DNA of 64,000 bases from Eubacteriales bacterium (GTDB lineage Bacteria; Bacillota; Clostridia; Oscillospirales; CAG-272): NCBI GenBank assembly GCA_045602385.1, contig JAZSBL010000023.1, forward strand, positions 34,598 through 98,597. The letters are read 5' to 3'. A model generated the notes under the pieces. The model searched no databases and was not told the origin of the DNA. It worked only from the letters and a program-made list of their open reading frames with translations. Of this stretch, positions 24,556-34,720 are shown piece after piece. Within the stretch, counting starts at the first letter, position 1, and each line of letters begins with the position of its first letter. Both the position numbers and the translations under genes were made by a program.

Positions 24556-26157
24556 TTAAACGTTAATAAAGTCAAATGAGAATTCTATGATTTCAACTCC
24601 GCTGCTCTTGATCTCATTTGGAAGTCCGACAAGCTCGATGACCTCGTCGTCCGCCTCTGCAACGGTATCTGCGGCAGCTGTCTTATTGAGCTTAAGCTTA
24701 TACATGACACCCGCTATCTGGATCGATACGGGGGGAGCCATTGCGATAAGTGCGATCGTTCCGAATGCATCTATCATTACGCGGTCTGCCGCGCCTCTCA
24801 CCTCGCAGAGTCCGATGGCGAGGGGAAGCATGAAGGTTGCCGCCATTACACCTGAGGCAACTCCGCCTGCGTCAAACGCGATAGATGTGAAGAGTCCGGG
24901 GCAAACAAAGGACAACGCGACGGCTATCGCATAGCCTATGATCAGGAAGGGCAGGATCGGAATGCCCGTAAGCGCGCGAAGCATTGCTATACCCGATGCC
25001 ACGGCAACTCCAAGCGCCATAGCCATTGGAATGACCTTGGGCGGTATCGCTCCCGACGTAGCTTCCTCTACCTGCTTATTAAGCACTCCCACCGCGGGCT
25101 CTGCGTACGTCATGCAGAAGCCTATGATCATTCCTACGGGAATGATTATCCAGGCGAATGCTCCCATACTTCCAAACGAGCTGCCAAGATAGCTGCCAAC
25201 GGGCATAAAGCCTACGTTTACACCCACAAGGAAGAGGATCATTCCCACAAATACATATCCCGCACCGATGGCGATCTGCGCCATTTCTCGCTTGTGCACG
25301 CGCACTGTGAGGAACTGATAAATTATGAAAAATGCGATAATGGGAAGAAGTCCCATAAGCACGTCGCCGACGATGTCGGGGATCGCGGAAACAAAGGATA
25401 TTCCCATTTCCTGCGAGTTCTCAAAGCTTGGAACAGAGTGTGGGGTGTAGAAAATTTTTTCAAATCCGCCCGCAAGCCCCATTACAAGCACCGAAATTAT
25501 AGGACCTATAGAGCATATCGACATAAGGCCGAATGCTGAGTCGTCCTCGTTTTGCGAGGATATTGCCGCGATACCTGCGCCGATGGACATTACGAAGGGA
25601 ACAGACATAGCGCCCGTGGTAACTCCGCCCGCGTCAAATGCAATTGCCAAGAATTTGGGGTCGACAAGGTAGGAGATCATTGCAAGGACGATAATGATTC
25701 CGTATCCGATAACGAGTATGTATCTGAATTTAACGTTGAAGATTATTCGCATGACCGCAACGACAAGGAAAAATCCAAGTCCCGCCGCGACGGCTAAAAT
25801 GAATGCGAATTTCTGATCGCCCGTGTATCCCGCCAGAACGTGGAGGTCGGGCTCACTTATGGTAATAAGCACGCCTACGATAAGCGAAATTATCGCGATT
25901 ATCGGAATGTTTCTTGATTTTGTGAGATTGGCGCCTATATGTCCGCCGATGCGCTCCATTGAAAGCTCGGCGCCAAGGGAAAAGAGTCCCAGGCCGACGA
26001 TAAGCATACATGTACCGACTACAAAAGCAAGGAAGATTCCGTTCGGCAGGGGGCATATCGTAAATGACAGAAGAAGAATGATCAGCGCTATCGGCAATAC
26101 CGAGGCGCAGGATTCCTTTATCTTTTCTATCAGTGTCTCAAGCCGTTTTTTTCTCAT
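24556..26157 (-). CDS. DUF1538-family integral membrane protein (duplicated domain), putative transporter
   Basis: 533 aa. N-terminus KESCASVLPIALIILLLSF...LFSLGAELSMERIGGHIG...ISEPDLHVLA matches my recollection of DUF1538. Internal repeat (AFDAGGVTTGAMSVPF / AFDAGGVASGVMAATF). Confidence 0.72.
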   Translation of the reverse strand: MRKKRLETLIEKIKESCASVLPIALIILLLSFTICPLPNGIFLAFVVGTCMLIVGLGLFSLGAELSMERIGGHIGANLTKSRNIPIIAIISLIVGVLITISEPDLHVLAGYTGDQKFAFILAVAAGLGFFLVVAVMRIIFNVKFRYILVIGYGIIIVLAMISYLVDPKFLAIAFDAGGVTTGAMSVPFVMSIGAGIAAISSQNEDDSAFGLMSICSIGPIISVLVMGLAGGFEKIFYTPHSVPSFENSQEMGISFVSAIPDIVGDVLMGLLPIIAFFIIYQFLTVRVHKREMAQIAIGAGYVFVGMILFLVGVNVGFMPVGSYLGSSFGSMGAFAWIIIPVGMIIGFCMTYAEPAVGVLNKQVEEATSGAIPPKVIPMAMALGVAVASGIAMLRALTGIPILPFLIIGYAIAVALSFVCPGLFTSIAFDAGGVASGVMAATFMLPLAIGLCEVRGAADRVMIDAFGTIALIAMAPPVSIQIAGVMYKLKLNKTAAADTVAEADDEVIELVGLPNEIKSSGVEIIEFSFDFINV

Positions 26158-26312
26158 TGAAATCTCCTGATTGCAAATTTACTCATTTTAATTATACAGT
26201 ATTTAGGTTCAAATTATATTACCCTCCAAAGAATAAACCGTGAAAACTTTGTTAATATCGGGATAAATCCTCAACAAAGAGCGAAAAGAGTGTTCTATTG
26301 GTCTGAAAACGC

Positions 26313-26341
26313 TTGACAAATAAGGAAAAAGGTGATAAAAT
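26313..26341 (+). promoter_or_regulatory. promoter of glyQS
   Basis: TTGACA, 17 nt, TG-extended TAAAAT. The leader is only about 55 nt. Confidence 0.6.
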
Positions 26342-26401
26342 TATTTAATCAATCAAATTTATCAGCTTCGTGCAAGCCATGCACGAGAAGGAGAGTAAAA
26401 A

Positions 26402-27805
26402 ATGAAAAACACAGAAAAGACAATGGACAAAATCGTAGCCCTTTGCAAGGGCAGAGGCTTTATCTTCGCGGGAAGCGAGATTTACGGCGGACTTGCGAAC
26501 ACATGGGACTACGGCCCCCTCGGCGTTGAGCTTAAAAACAACGTTAAGAAGGCTTGGTGGAAGAAATTTGTCCAGGAGAACAAATATAACGTCGGACTTG
26601 ATGCCGCTATCCTTATGAACCCCCAGACATGGGTTGCATCGGGTCACCTTGCGGGCTTCTCGGATCCTCTTATGGACTGCCGCGAGTGCCACGAGAGATT
26701 CCGCGCGGACAAGCTTATCGAGGATTGGTGCGCGGAAACAGGCTTTGAGCTTCCAAAGCCCATCGACGCGTTTTCACACGCGGAGATGAAGGAGTTTGTC
26801 GAAGAGCACAACATTCCTTGTCCCACATGTAAGAAGCACAACTTTACAGATATCCGTCAGTTCAACCTTATGTTCAAGACCTTCCAGGGAGTAACAGAGG
26901 ACGCAAAGAACACGGTTTACCTTCGTCCCGAGACTGCGCAGGGAATTTTCACAAACTTCGTAAACGTTCAGAGAACAACAAGAAAGAAGATGCCCTTCGG
27001 TATCGCGCAGATCGGTAAGTCCTTCCGTAACGAGATCACTCCCGGTAACTTCATTTTCCGTGTGCGTGAGTTCGAGCAGATGGAGCTTGAGTTCTTCTGC
27101 AAGCCCGGCACCGACCTTGAGTGGTTCCAGTATTGGAGAAACTTCTGCCATCAGTGGCTCCTTTCCATCGGTCTTAAGGACGAGAACCTCAGACTCCGCG
27201 ACCACGATCCCGAGGAGCTTTGCTTCTACTCCAAGGCGACAACCGACTTTGAGTTCCTATTCCCGTTTGGATGGGGCGAGCTCTGGGGTGTTGCCGACAG
27301 AACAGACTACGACCTTACACAGCATCAGAACACCTCGGGTAAGGATCTTTCTTACTTTGATCCCGAGACCAACGAAAGATACATTCCTTACGTGGTTGAG
27401 CCCTCTCTCGGTGTTGAGAGAAGCGTGCTTGCGGTTCTTTGCGACGCGTACGATGAAGAAGTTATCGACGCAGAGAAGAACGATGTAAGAACGGTTATGC
27501 ACTTCCATCCCGCGCTCGCTCCAATCAAGGCTGCGATCCTTCCTCTCTCCAAGAAGCTTTCCGACAAGGCAAGCGAGATCTACGTTGAGCTTTCCAAGTA
27601 CTTCAACGTTGACTTTGACGAGGCAGGCTCTATCGGTAAGAGATACCGCCGCCAGGACGAGATCGGTACACCTCTTTGCATTACCTATGACTTTGAGTCC
27701 GAGAGCGACGGCTGCGTAACCATTCGCGACAGAGATACGATGGAGCAGGTAAGACTTCCCATCGGCGAGCTTCGCACATACATTGAAAAGAAGATTGAAT
27801 TCTGA
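26402..27805 (+). CDS. glyQS: glycine--tRNA ligase (homodimeric type)
   Basis: 467 aa. [56 protein letters not shown] (class II motif 2) and SLGVERS. Confidence 0.95.
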   Translation: MKNTEKTMDKIVALCKGRGFIFAGSEIYGGLANTWDYGPLGVELKNNVKKAWWKKFVQENKYNVGLDAAILMNPQTWVASGHLAGFSDPLMDCRECHERFRADKLIEDWCAETGFELPKPIDAFSHAEMKEFVEEHNIPCPTCKKHNFTDIRQFNLMFKTFQGVTEDAKNTVYLRPETAQGIFTNFVNVQRTTRKKMPFGIAQIGKSFRNEITPGNFIFRVREFEQMELEFFCKPGTDLEWFQYWRNFCHQWLLSIGLKDENLRLRDHDPEELCFYSKATTDFEFLFPFGWGELWGVADRTDYDLTQHQNTSGKDLSYFDPETNERYIPYVVEPSLGVERSVLAVLCDAYDEEVIDAEKNDVRTVMHFHPALAPIKAAILPLSKKLSDKASEIYVELSKYFNVDFDEAGSIGKRYRRQDEIGTPLCITYDFESESDGCVTIRDRDTMEQVRLPIGELRTYIEKKIEF

Positions 27806-27823
27806 TTCGATATTCAGATGCAA

Positions 27824-27860
27824 AAGGGAGAGGCAATTTCGCCTCTCCCTTGAATTTTTC
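27824..27860 (+). terminator. glyQS terminator
   Basis: GGGAGAGGC-aatttc-GCCTCTCCC followed by TTGAATTTTT. Confidence 0.8.
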
Positions 27861-27873
27861 ATTTGTCACAAAG

Positions 27874-27910
27874 CAGAAAAAGACGGAGGCATAACCTCCG
27901 TCTTTTTCTG
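27874..27910. terminator. rplL terminator (bidirectional hairpin)
   Basis: CAGAAAAAGACGGAGG-cataa-CCTCCGTCTTTTTCTG. Confidence 0.85.
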
Positions 27911-27968
27911 TTATCCAAAATTTACAACAGAAATGAATGATGTGTTTGCGTAAGAACCGTAGATTAAA

Positions 27969-28346
27969 TTACTTAATCTCAACAGTTGCGCCTGCCTCTT
28001 CGAGAGCAGCCTTGATCTTCTCTGCCTCGTCCTTAGCAACGCCTTCCTTAACAGCCTTGGGGCAACCCTCAACCATGTCCTTAGCTTCCTTAAGTCCGAG
28101 ACCGGTGATCTCGCGAACAGCCTTGATAACGTTGAGCTTCTTGTCGCCGAAGCCTGTGAGAACTACGTCAAACTCAGTCTTCTCCTCAACAGCGGGAGCA
28201 GCTGCGCCTGCTACTGCAACAACGCCTACGGGAGCTGCTGCGGATACGCCAAACTCTTCCTCAACTGCCTTTACGAGGTCAGCGAGCTCGAGAATTGTAA
28301 GTGTCTTGATTTCTTCAAGAATATTTGTGATCTTTTCGGATGCCAT
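27969..28346 (-). CDS. rplL: 50S ribosomal protein L7/L12
   Basis: [34 protein letters not shown]..., Ala-rich hinge, [21 protein letters not shown]. Confidence 0.96.
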   Translation of the reverse strand: MASEKITNILEEIKTLTILELADLVKAVEEEFGVSAAAPVGVVAVAGAAAPAVEEKTEFDVVLTGFGDKKLNVIKAVREITGLGLKEAKDMVEGCPKAVKEGVAKDEAEKIKAALEEAGATVEIK

Positions 28347-28409
28347 TTTAAATTACCTCCTGAATTTGGAAATATAGATTAGATTTGTGTTTGTACGACT
28401 TGTAGTCGA

Positions 28410-28961
28410 TTATTCTGCAGCGGGTGCTTCTGCTTCTGCAGGAGCTTCCTCTGCGGGTGCTGCTTCTCCATCCTTGTCGATGATAGCCTGGAGAGCATAA
28501 GCAAAGTTGTAGATAGGAGACTTGATAGAGCCGAGGAACTTTGCGATGAGAACTTCCTTGGAAGGAATGTCTGCAAGTGCGTTAACACCTGTCGCGTCCA
28601 TTACCTCACCGTCGCAATAGCCTGCGAGAATCTCAAAGGACTCGATCTTAGATGCGTATTCCTTGAGGATCTTTGCAGGAGCGATCGGATCTTCAGGCGT
28701 GCTGATAGCGATAGCTGTCATACCGTTGAGGTACTGCTTCATATCGCCGTAGCCGCACATTTCGCATGCTCTTCCTGTGAGGGTGTTCTTCATAACTACG
28801 TACTTAACACCTGCTTCACGGAGAGCCTTACGGAGTGCTGTGTCATTCTCAACGGTGATACCCTGATAATTGACAACTACACCGGCGGCGCTTGCCTTAA
28901 TCTGCTCTGCGGGGTCTGCAACTACCTGTTTTTTCTGTTCGAGTATTGCATTACTAGGCAT
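28410..28961 (-). CDS. rplJ: 50S ribosomal protein L10 (with A/E/P-rich C-terminal tail)
   Basis: 183 aa. NYQGITVENDTALRKALREAGVKYVVMKNTL. Immediately upstream of rplL. Confidence 0.94.
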   Translation of the reverse strand: MPSNAILEQKKQVVADPAEQIKASAAGVVVNYQGITVENDTALRKALREAGVKYVVMKNTLTGRACEMCGYGDMKQYLNGMTAIAISTPEDPIAPAKILKEYASKIESFEILAGYCDGEVMDATGVNALADIPSKEVLIAKFLGSIKSPIYNFAYALQAIIDKDGEAAPAEEAPAEAEAPAAE

Positions 28962-29149
28962 TTGATTTAACCTCCCGTGTTAAAGAATTAAAAAAACTTT
29001 CTTCCCGACGGCTCGACACTCTGAACCGGGAAAGAAAGCACACAAAAAGCCTTTCGGCAAGTATTTGATTTAACTTTCTCCTCGGCAGGGTGGCTTGCGC
29101 TTTTACGGGAACCTGCTGTCTTTGGATAATGCCGACTATGTCGGCTGAC
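28962..29149 (-). promoter_or_regulatory. rplJL leader with internal attenuator terminator (L10-leader type)
   Basis: Hairpin GCCGAC-auag-UCGGC near the 5' end. CUUUCUUUCCCGG...CCGUCGGGAAGAAAG followed by UUUUUUUAAUU (28990-29039) about 30 nt before the SD GGGAGG. L10(L12)4-controlled attenuation of this operon is known in B. subtilis. Confidence 0.55.
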
Positions 29150-29155
29150 TTTGGT

Positions 29156-29184
29156 ATTATACAACATAAAAAAGGTTTTGTCAA
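29156..29184 (-). promoter_or_regulatory. consensus promoter of rplJL
   Basis: TTGACA (29184-29179), 17 nt, TATAAT (29161-29156). Confidence 0.7.
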
Positions 29185-29223
29185 TAGGTTTTTGAAAAGT
29201 TTTTTGAAAATATTTTGATAGGT

Positions 29224-29440
29224 GTTACTTTCCTGTCAGCAGCAACAGGAAAGTAACCAAAGGGAATGCCGCTCAAGGTGGAGGAGTGCTTAAAAATCGA
29301 CGGCGTTGACGCCGATTTTACGCAATCTCCTCCCCCTTAAGAATCCCCCACCTCTGCTCGCCTCTGGCGAGAACGGTGAAGTGTGTTTTAAGGATATCGT
29401 CTTTGAAATGCCGGAGGTGGCACTGTACAGTGGGGTGAAT
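29224..29440. other. orphan highly structured intergenic segment (strand undetermined)
   Basis: 13-bp perfect hairpin GTTACTTTCCTGT-cagcagca-ACAGGAAAGTAAC (29224-29257). A 64-nt extended hairpin AAGGTGGAGGAG...CTCCTCCCCCTT (29275-29338) is capped by AAATCGACGGCG-ttga-CGCCGATTT. CTCGCC-tct-GGCGAG. CCACCTC (29348) / GAGGTGG (29414). Confidence 0.4.
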
Positions 29441-29442
29441 AG

Positions 29443-29475
29443 GAAAACAAAACGGCGACCTTGTTGGTCGCCGTT
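29443..29475 (-). terminator. terminator of the HTH regulator gene
   Basis: Minus-strand AACGGCGACCA-acaa-GGUCGCCGUU followed by UUGUUUU. Confidence 0.8.
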
Positions 29476-29497
29476 CTCTGCTTTTGCAAAATGAAAT

Positions 29498-30055
29498 TTA
29501 AAATTTGTTGTTCTTTATTATGTTTTCCGCCAGTTTTACCAGCTTTTCGCGGATCCACATGGGCTCGACAATTTTAAAGTCGGAGCGGAGTGTGATAAGC
29601 ACGCTCAAAAACTGCTCCACGTTATGGAACTCGCATATGTACTTGTTTCGGGGCTCTCTTGAAATGATGAAGTTCTTTAAGGAAAGCACCGAGAGCTTGT
29701 CCGCAATCTCAATGGTTGCGGTGTAGGGTATCTGCATCTGCACGAAGGTGTTCTCGGCCTGGAGTGATGCGCCCGCCATGTTGTCCGCAAGCTCGGACAG
29801 AGAATCGTCGTTGTCGCTTGACATAACGAGGGGGAGAGAATACTGCTCGGTATAATAATAGCCCTTGTGCTCGAGGCTGTACTCAAGCGGTGCTCCGAGC
29901 TTTTTCTTAAGGTAGTCTACGTCGCGCTGCGCCTGACGGTGGGATATATTGAAACGCTCGGCAAGTCGCATAGCGTTAGGGTAGTAGAGATTTGCTGTTT
30001 TTTTGTGAAGCCATTGTATCCTTGTGTTCGCAGAACTTTGGGATGAGGTTTTCAT
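29498..30055 (-). CDS. HTH-domain transcriptional regulator (YafY/DeoR-like N-terminal wHTH, unassigned C-terminal domain)
   Basis: AMRLAERFNISHRQAQRDVDYLKKKLGAPLEY is wHTH-like. Start moved to ATG 30055 (MKTSSQ). Confidence 0.65.
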   Translation of the reverse strand: MKTSSQSSANTRIQWLHKKTANLYYPNAMRLAERFNISHRQAQRDVDYLKKKLGAPLEYSLEHKGYYYTEQYSLPLVMSSDNDDSLSELADNMAGASLQAENTFVQMQIPYTATIEIADKLSVLSLKNFIISREPRNKYICEFHNVEQFLSVLITLRSDFKIVEPMWIREKLVKLAENIIKNNKF

Positions 30056-30086
30056 TTTTTGCAAATTCCTTTCATTTTATTATATA

Positions 30087-31085
30087 TTACGTATTGATCT
30101 CGACATCGCTGTTTGGCAGGGAAAGGGAAATTGATATGATCTCTGCTATAGAGTTGACCGCGTAGCATGCGTAGAAAACGCTCAGCACGAGATATATCTC
30201 CGGGAAAAGGTTGAATCCGCGGGCGAATACCGTGAACGTCAATCCCGCGCAGATAAGGCAGAGCGAGGATGCGACGGATTTCAGGGAAATAAACCATGCC
30301 GCGTTGATACGATCAAGAGTTGCTCTTGCGTCGGCGATGGTGCCGAGGATGAGCGCGACGCCGCCAAACTGGGCCGCGAGCTTGAACGGACTGTTCAGCT
30401 CTATTTCAAAGTCGAGATACAAGAGTCCTATTATAGCTGTGCCGAGCGCGAACACTCCGATGGCGCAGAGTATCTTGAACACCTCTTTGCTATTGAGCAT
30501 TTGGAGAATGAAGAAGACGGCCGCTGCAATTGAGAGGAGCAAGATCGCGTCTCCCCATTTTCCCAGATCGTTCATCAGGGTGTGGTATGCAAGATAAACC
30601 GAAGCTGCAAGCGGGAGAAGCGAGCCCCAGCTTGTTCTTGATACAGAATTGCCCACATTTTTGCGCGAGAGGAATATAGCGCAGATAAGGGGGATCAGCA
30701 CCGCTGCAGCGGCGGTTACCGTGAGCGCGACGTCTGAGGGCTTAGTGAGATATTTGGTATTTATATCGCAACCGAGCGCTATTATTGCGGCGATAACTCC
30801 CGCTACTATTGGAAGCGCGGAGCAAATTATACCTATCGCCATACGCGCGGTTTTGCTTATCATGGGCATCGGTGTCGGGGCATCTTCGATGATTTCCGGC
30901 TGCTCCGGCTCTGCGGCGTCGGCATCGATTTCAGGCTCGCACTGTTGTGCGATCTGCTCACTGTCCGCTTCTGTCTGTTCTGTTGTTTCAAGTGTTAGAT
31001 CATCCGTTTCTGTGATCCGGTCGAACGTCTGATCTGTCGGCTGATCCTGATTCGGCTCGTTCTCTCTGATCTCTGACAAATCCAT
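30087..31085 (-). CDS. polytopic membrane protein with acidic N-terminal tail, function unknown
   Basis: 332 aa. SD AAAGGAGGGG. About 70-aa D/E/Q-rich N-terminus, then about 7 hydrophobic segments. Confidence 0.7.
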   Translation of the reverse strand: MDLSEIRENEPNQDQPTDQTFDRITETDDLTLETTEQTEADSEQIAQQCEPEIDADAAEPEQPEIIEDAPTPMPMISKTARMAIGIICSALPIVAGVIAAIIALGCDINTKYLTKPSDVALTVTAAAAVLIPLICAIFLSRKNVGNSVSRTSWGSLLPLAASVYLAYHTLMNDLGKWGDAILLLSIAAAVFFILQMLNSKEVFKILCAIGVFALGTAIIGLLYLDFEIELNSPFKLAAQFGGVALILGTIADARATLDRINAAWFISLKSVASSLCLICAGLTFTVFARGFNLFPEIYLVLSVFYACYAVNSIAEIISISLSLPNSDVEINT

Positions 31086-31440
31086 ATTGCCCCTCCTTTA
31101 TCCGAATATTTGTGTAAAAATACACATTCCTACAACTATTATACTACCAAATTGTTAACGGCAAATAGACAAAACAAACAATTTGCCGAAAATTTAAGCA
31201 AATAAGCGTAAAAGATTGGTGCGCGAGGGAGCATTTCGGGGAGGGAAAATGCATGCAAAGTCTTCCTTTTATTATATATTTATTGCATGCGGGGCTTTTG
31301 GGGGCGTTTTTATGCGGCGAGATATGCGGTCGGGGGCAGAGGTCGGCGGGTTTATTGCGTTGGTTAAAATGCACAAAAAGCTTGCCGAAACCTTGTTGAA
31401 AATTTTGTTATATTTTTTATTATATATTGAAAAATTTTTC

Positions 31441-31469
31441 TTGACAAATGGCGATAAATATAGTATAAT
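31441..31469 (+). promoter_or_regulatory. consensus promoter of the S10 operon with AT-rich UP-like region
   Basis: TTGACA (31441-31446), 17 nt, TATAAT (31464-31469). Preceded by about 50 nt of A/T tracts. Confidence 0.75.
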
Positions 31470-31475
31470 TATCTC

Positions 31476-31790
31476 TGCTTGATATGCGATGAAGCGAGAG
31501 GTTGCTCTTAAGGGGACGCTCTTAAGAGGTAATTTTCGTGGAGTATGTCCGTATGAACGGGCGACGTAGTCTTTCATACACACACTAAGCAACATGCGGC
31601 ATAGTGGTGCTTGAGTGTTCAAAACCCTTGTATTTACTCGGAATTTGTCTGTCAGATGCTGATGCGGGCAAGGTCCGTATTTTAATGTAAGGGGGTAGGA
31701 ACACGCGGCACGGTGTACGAGAGCGCGCCCCACTTTAAAAGGCTTTTGAAATTTCCGCAAGAGCCCAATTTTGAAAGGAGGCACAATTCA
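31476..31790 (+). promoter_or_regulatory. ~315-nt S10-operon 5' leader
   Basis: Long untranslated leader containing the hairpin CTCTTAAG-gggacgct-CTTAAGAG and other stems. r-protein (L4-type) autoregulation of S10 leaders is established in other bacteria, not shown here. Confidence 0.45.
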
Positions 31791-32102
31791 ATGGCAGTTA
31801 ATGAGAAGATCAGAGTTCGTCTTAAGAGCTACGACCACACCCTTGTTGATGCAGCTGCAGAGAAGATTGTTACCGTTGCTAAAGCAAACGGTTCTGAGGT
31901 TTCGGGTCCTATTCCGCTTCCCACAGAGAGAGAGATCGTTACAATTCTCCGCGCAGTTCACAAGTACAAGGATGCTCGTGAGCAGTTCGAGATGAGAACT
32001 CACAAGAGACTTATCGACATCGTAAAGCCCAATCAGAAGACGATTGACGCTCTTATGAATGTTGAGCTCCCCGCAGGCGTTGAGATCGAGGTTAAGATCT
32101 AA
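31791..32102 (+). CDS. rpsJ: 30S ribosomal protein S10
   Basis: [27 protein letters not shown]... Start moved to ATG 31791 (SD GAAAGGAGG). Confidence 0.96.
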   Translation: MAVNEKIRVRLKSYDHTLVDAAAEKIVTVAKANGSEVSGPIPLPTEREIVTILRAVHKYKDAREQFEMRTHKRLIDIVKPNQKTIDALMNVELPAGVEIEVKI

Positions 32103-32282
32103 ACCCTACATTATTAATAACTTATCAAGCAATGCGGGAAACCGCAAACAAAGACAACAGCCGGCGGCTGAAGGTCAAGCGGACCGAAAGGAACGCGCGA
32201 CAGACGCTGTGACGGTAACTTTGTAAGTCATGTTGGGCGGAGAATTCCGACTCAACCAATAATTTACAGGAGGAAAACAAAA

Positions 32283-32912
32283 ATGAAAAAGGGAATTATC
32301 GGTAAGAAAATCGGTATGACTCAGATCTTCGATGAAAAGGGCAATGTCATCCCTGTAACAGTCATCGAAGCAGGTCCCTGTGTAGTAGCACAGAAGAAGA
32401 CCGCAGAAAAAGACGGTTATGACGCCGTTCAGCTTGGTTTCCAGGATGCAAAGGAAAAGCACCTGACAAAGGCTGAGAAAGGTCGCTTTGAGAAGGCAGG
32501 AGTTGCTCTTAAGAGACACCTTAAGGAATTCCGTCTTGATGATTGCAGCGCAATAAACGTTGGCGACGTCATTACAGCCGATACCTTCGCCGCAGGCGAC
32601 AAGGTCGACGTAACAGGTATGACAAAGGGCCGCGGATTTACAGGCTGTGTTAAGAGATGGAACCACAGAATACTCCGCATGACTCACGGTACAGGTCCTA
32701 TCCACCGTCAGCCCGGTTCTATGGGTGTTATCGACCCCGCTAGAATCTTCAAGAACAAGAAGATGCCCGGTCAGTACGGTAATGAGCAGGTTACAGTACA
32801 GAATTTGAAAGTTGTAAAGATCGACGCAGAGAAGAACCTCATCGCAGTTAAGGGCGCAGTTCCCGGTGCGAAGGACGGAATCCTCTTCATCCGCGACTCG
32901 GTCAAAGCATAA
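32283..32912 (+). CDS. rplC: 50S ribosomal protein L3
   Basis: [33 protein letters not shown]... Confidence 0.97.
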   Translation: MKKGIIGKKIGMTQIFDEKGNVIPVTVIEAGPCVVAQKKTAEKDGYDAVQLGFQDAKEKHLTKAEKGRFEKAGVALKRHLKEFRLDDCSAINVGDVITADTFAAGDKVDVTGMTKGRGFTGCVKRWNHRILRMTHGTGPIHRQPGSMGVIDPARIFKNKKMPGQYGNEQVTVQNLKVVKIDAEKNLIAVKGAVPGAKDGILFIRDSVKA

Positions 32913-32932
32913 TCGGAAGGAGGAAATAAACA

Positions 32933-33556
32933 ATGCCCGCAATTAAAGTTGTAAATATGTCCGGCGCAGAAGTCGGCACAATGGAGCTTTCGGATGTTCT
33001 TTTCGGAGCTGAAGTAAACGGTGCAGTCCTCCACGCTGCAGTAAGAGCTTACCTTCTCAATCAGAGACAGGGTACACAGTCCACTCTTACTCGTTCCGAG
33101 GTTTCCGGTGGCGGTAGAAAGCCCTGGAGACAGAAGGGTACAGGTCGCGCACGTCAGGGCTCGACACGTTCTCCTCAGTGGACACACGGTGGTATCGCTC
33201 TTGGTCCTAAGCCCAGAAGCTACCGCACAAATCTCAACAAGAAGACAAAGAGACTTGCTCTTATCAGTGCTCTCACAGATAAGTTCAACAACGGTAAGCT
33301 CATTATCGTTGATGACATCAAGCTCGAGTCTTACAAGACAAAGACCATGGTTGACATGTTCAAGGCACTCTCCGCTGAGAGAAAGCCCCTCGTTGTTCTT
33401 CCTGAGGTCGATCAGTTCGTAGTAAAGAGCTGCGCTAACATCCCCGGCGCTAAGACTTGCCTCTACAACACAATCAACGTATACGATATCTTGAATGCTG
33501 ATACATTCATCACTACCGTTGCGGCAGTTAAAATGCTCGAGGAGGTATATGCATAA
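32933..33556 (+). CDS. rplD: 50S ribosomal protein L4
   Basis: GGGRKPWRQKGTGRARQGSTRSPQW motif. Operon order. Confidence 0.97.
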   Translation: MPAIKVVNMSGAEVGTMELSDVLFGAEVNGAVLHAAVRAYLLNQRQGTQSTLTRSEVSGGGRKPWRQKGTGRARQGSTRSPQWTHGGIALGPKPRSYRTNLNKKTKRLALISALTDKFNNGKLIIVDDIKLESYKTKTMVDMFKALSAERKPLVVLPEVDQFVVKSCANIPGAKTCLYNTINVYDILNADTFITTVAAVKMLEEVYA

Positions 33557-33852
33557 TGAGAATGCTCGAAGACGTTATTATTAAGCCCGTAATCTCCGAG
33601 GCTTCCATGGATATGGCTGCTCAGAGAAAGTACGTTTTCAAGGTAGCTAAGACTGCTGATAAGGCTGAGATAGCTTCTGCAGTTGAGGCTATGTTCCCCG
33701 GCACTAAGGTTGAGGCCGTTAACACAATCAATATGAAGAGAAAGCCCAAGAGATACGGTGTGCACTTCGGTTACACAACCGCTTGGAAGAAGGCAATCGT
33801 TACTTTGACTGCTGACTCCAAGACCATCGAGTTCTTCGAAGGCATGAACTAA
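33556..33852 (+). CDS. rplW: 50S ribosomal protein L23
   Basis: [17 protein letters not shown]... TAATG overlap with rplD. Confidence 0.95.
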   Translation: MRMLEDVIIKPVISEASMDMAAQRKYVFKVAKTADKAEIASAVEAMFPGTKVEAVNTINMKRKPKRYGVHFGYTTAWKKAIVTLTADSKTIEFFEGMN

Positions 33853-33869
33853 GAGGGAGGTCGAATAGA

Positions 33870-34706
33870 ATGGCTACATTAAAGTATAAACCTACGACAC
33901 CCGCGAGAAGACACATGTCCGTTCCGGTTTACAAGGACATCATCACTAAGGACACTCCCGAGAAGAGCCTTGTAGTAATCAAGAAGAAGCACGCGGGCCG
34001 TAACAGCTACGGACGTATCACAGTTCGCCACAGAGGAGGCGGAAACAAGGTTAAGTACAGAATCATCGACTTCAAGAGACTTTCTACAGTTCCCGCAGAG
34101 GTCGTTGCAATCGAGTACGACCCCAACAGAACAGCTTACATCGCTCTTCTTCAGAACGATGAGGGCGTAAAGAGCTACATCGTAGCTCCCGAAGGCCTTA
34201 AGGTAGGCGACAAGGTTTACTCCGGCGCAGATGCCGACATTAAGCCCGGTAACGCTCTCCCCTTGGCTAACATTCCTGTTGGTACTTTCATCAACAACAT
34301 CGAAATTCACCCCGGTAAGGGCGGACAGCTCGTTCGTTCCGCAGGTACCATGGCTCAGCTCCTTTCCAAGGAAGCAAACGGCATGGCACAGGTAAGACTT
34401 CCTTCCGGTGAAGTTCGCTACGTTCCCCTTAACTGCAAGGCAGTTATCGGACAGATCGGCAACATCGACCACGACACTGTTAAGGTTGGTAAGGCCGGTA
34501 AGACAAGACACAAGGGCATTCGTCCTACAGTCCGCGGTTCCGTTATGAACCCCTGCGATCACCCCCACGGTGGTGGTGAAGGTAAGTCTCCCATCGGTCA
34601 TGCTAATCCTATGACTCCTTGGGGTAAGCCTGCTCTCGGTCTTAAGACCAGAAACAAGAAGGCTCGCACAAACAAGTTCATCGTAAAACGCAGAAACGCT
34701 AAATAA
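33870..34706 (+). CDS. rplB: 50S ribosomal protein L2
   Basis: [38 protein letters not shown]. Confidence 0.98.
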   Translation: MATLKYKPTTPARRHMSVPVYKDIITKDTPEKSLVVIKKKHAGRNSYGRITVRHRGGGNKVKYRIIDFKRLSTVPAEVVAIEYDPNRTAYIALLQNDEGVKSYIVAPEGLKVGDKVYSGADADIKPGNALPLANIPVGTFINNIEIHPGKGGQLVRSAGTMAQLLSKEANGMAQVRLPSGEVRYVPLNCKAVIGQIGNIDHDTVKVGKAGKTRHKGIRPTVRGSVMNPCDHPHGGGEGKSPIGHANPMTPWGKPALGLKTRNKKARTNKFIVKRRNAK

Positions 34707-34720
34707 GGAGGGAATATAAA

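Noticed and set aside
26158-26401. Expected a glycine T-box leader upstream of glyQS
   Set aside because: The promoter at 26313-26341 leaves only about 55 nt of leader. No T-box sequence (GGUGGUACCGCG-like), specifier loop or terminator/antiterminator pair is present anywhere in the 244-bp gap.
29306-29494. 62-aa + ORF inside the structured region upstream of rplJ
   Set aside because: It has a TTG start 19 nt from the nearest SD-like sequence. It is Pro/Leu-rich from translating the C-rich hairpin arm, and it runs into the convergent gene's terminator.
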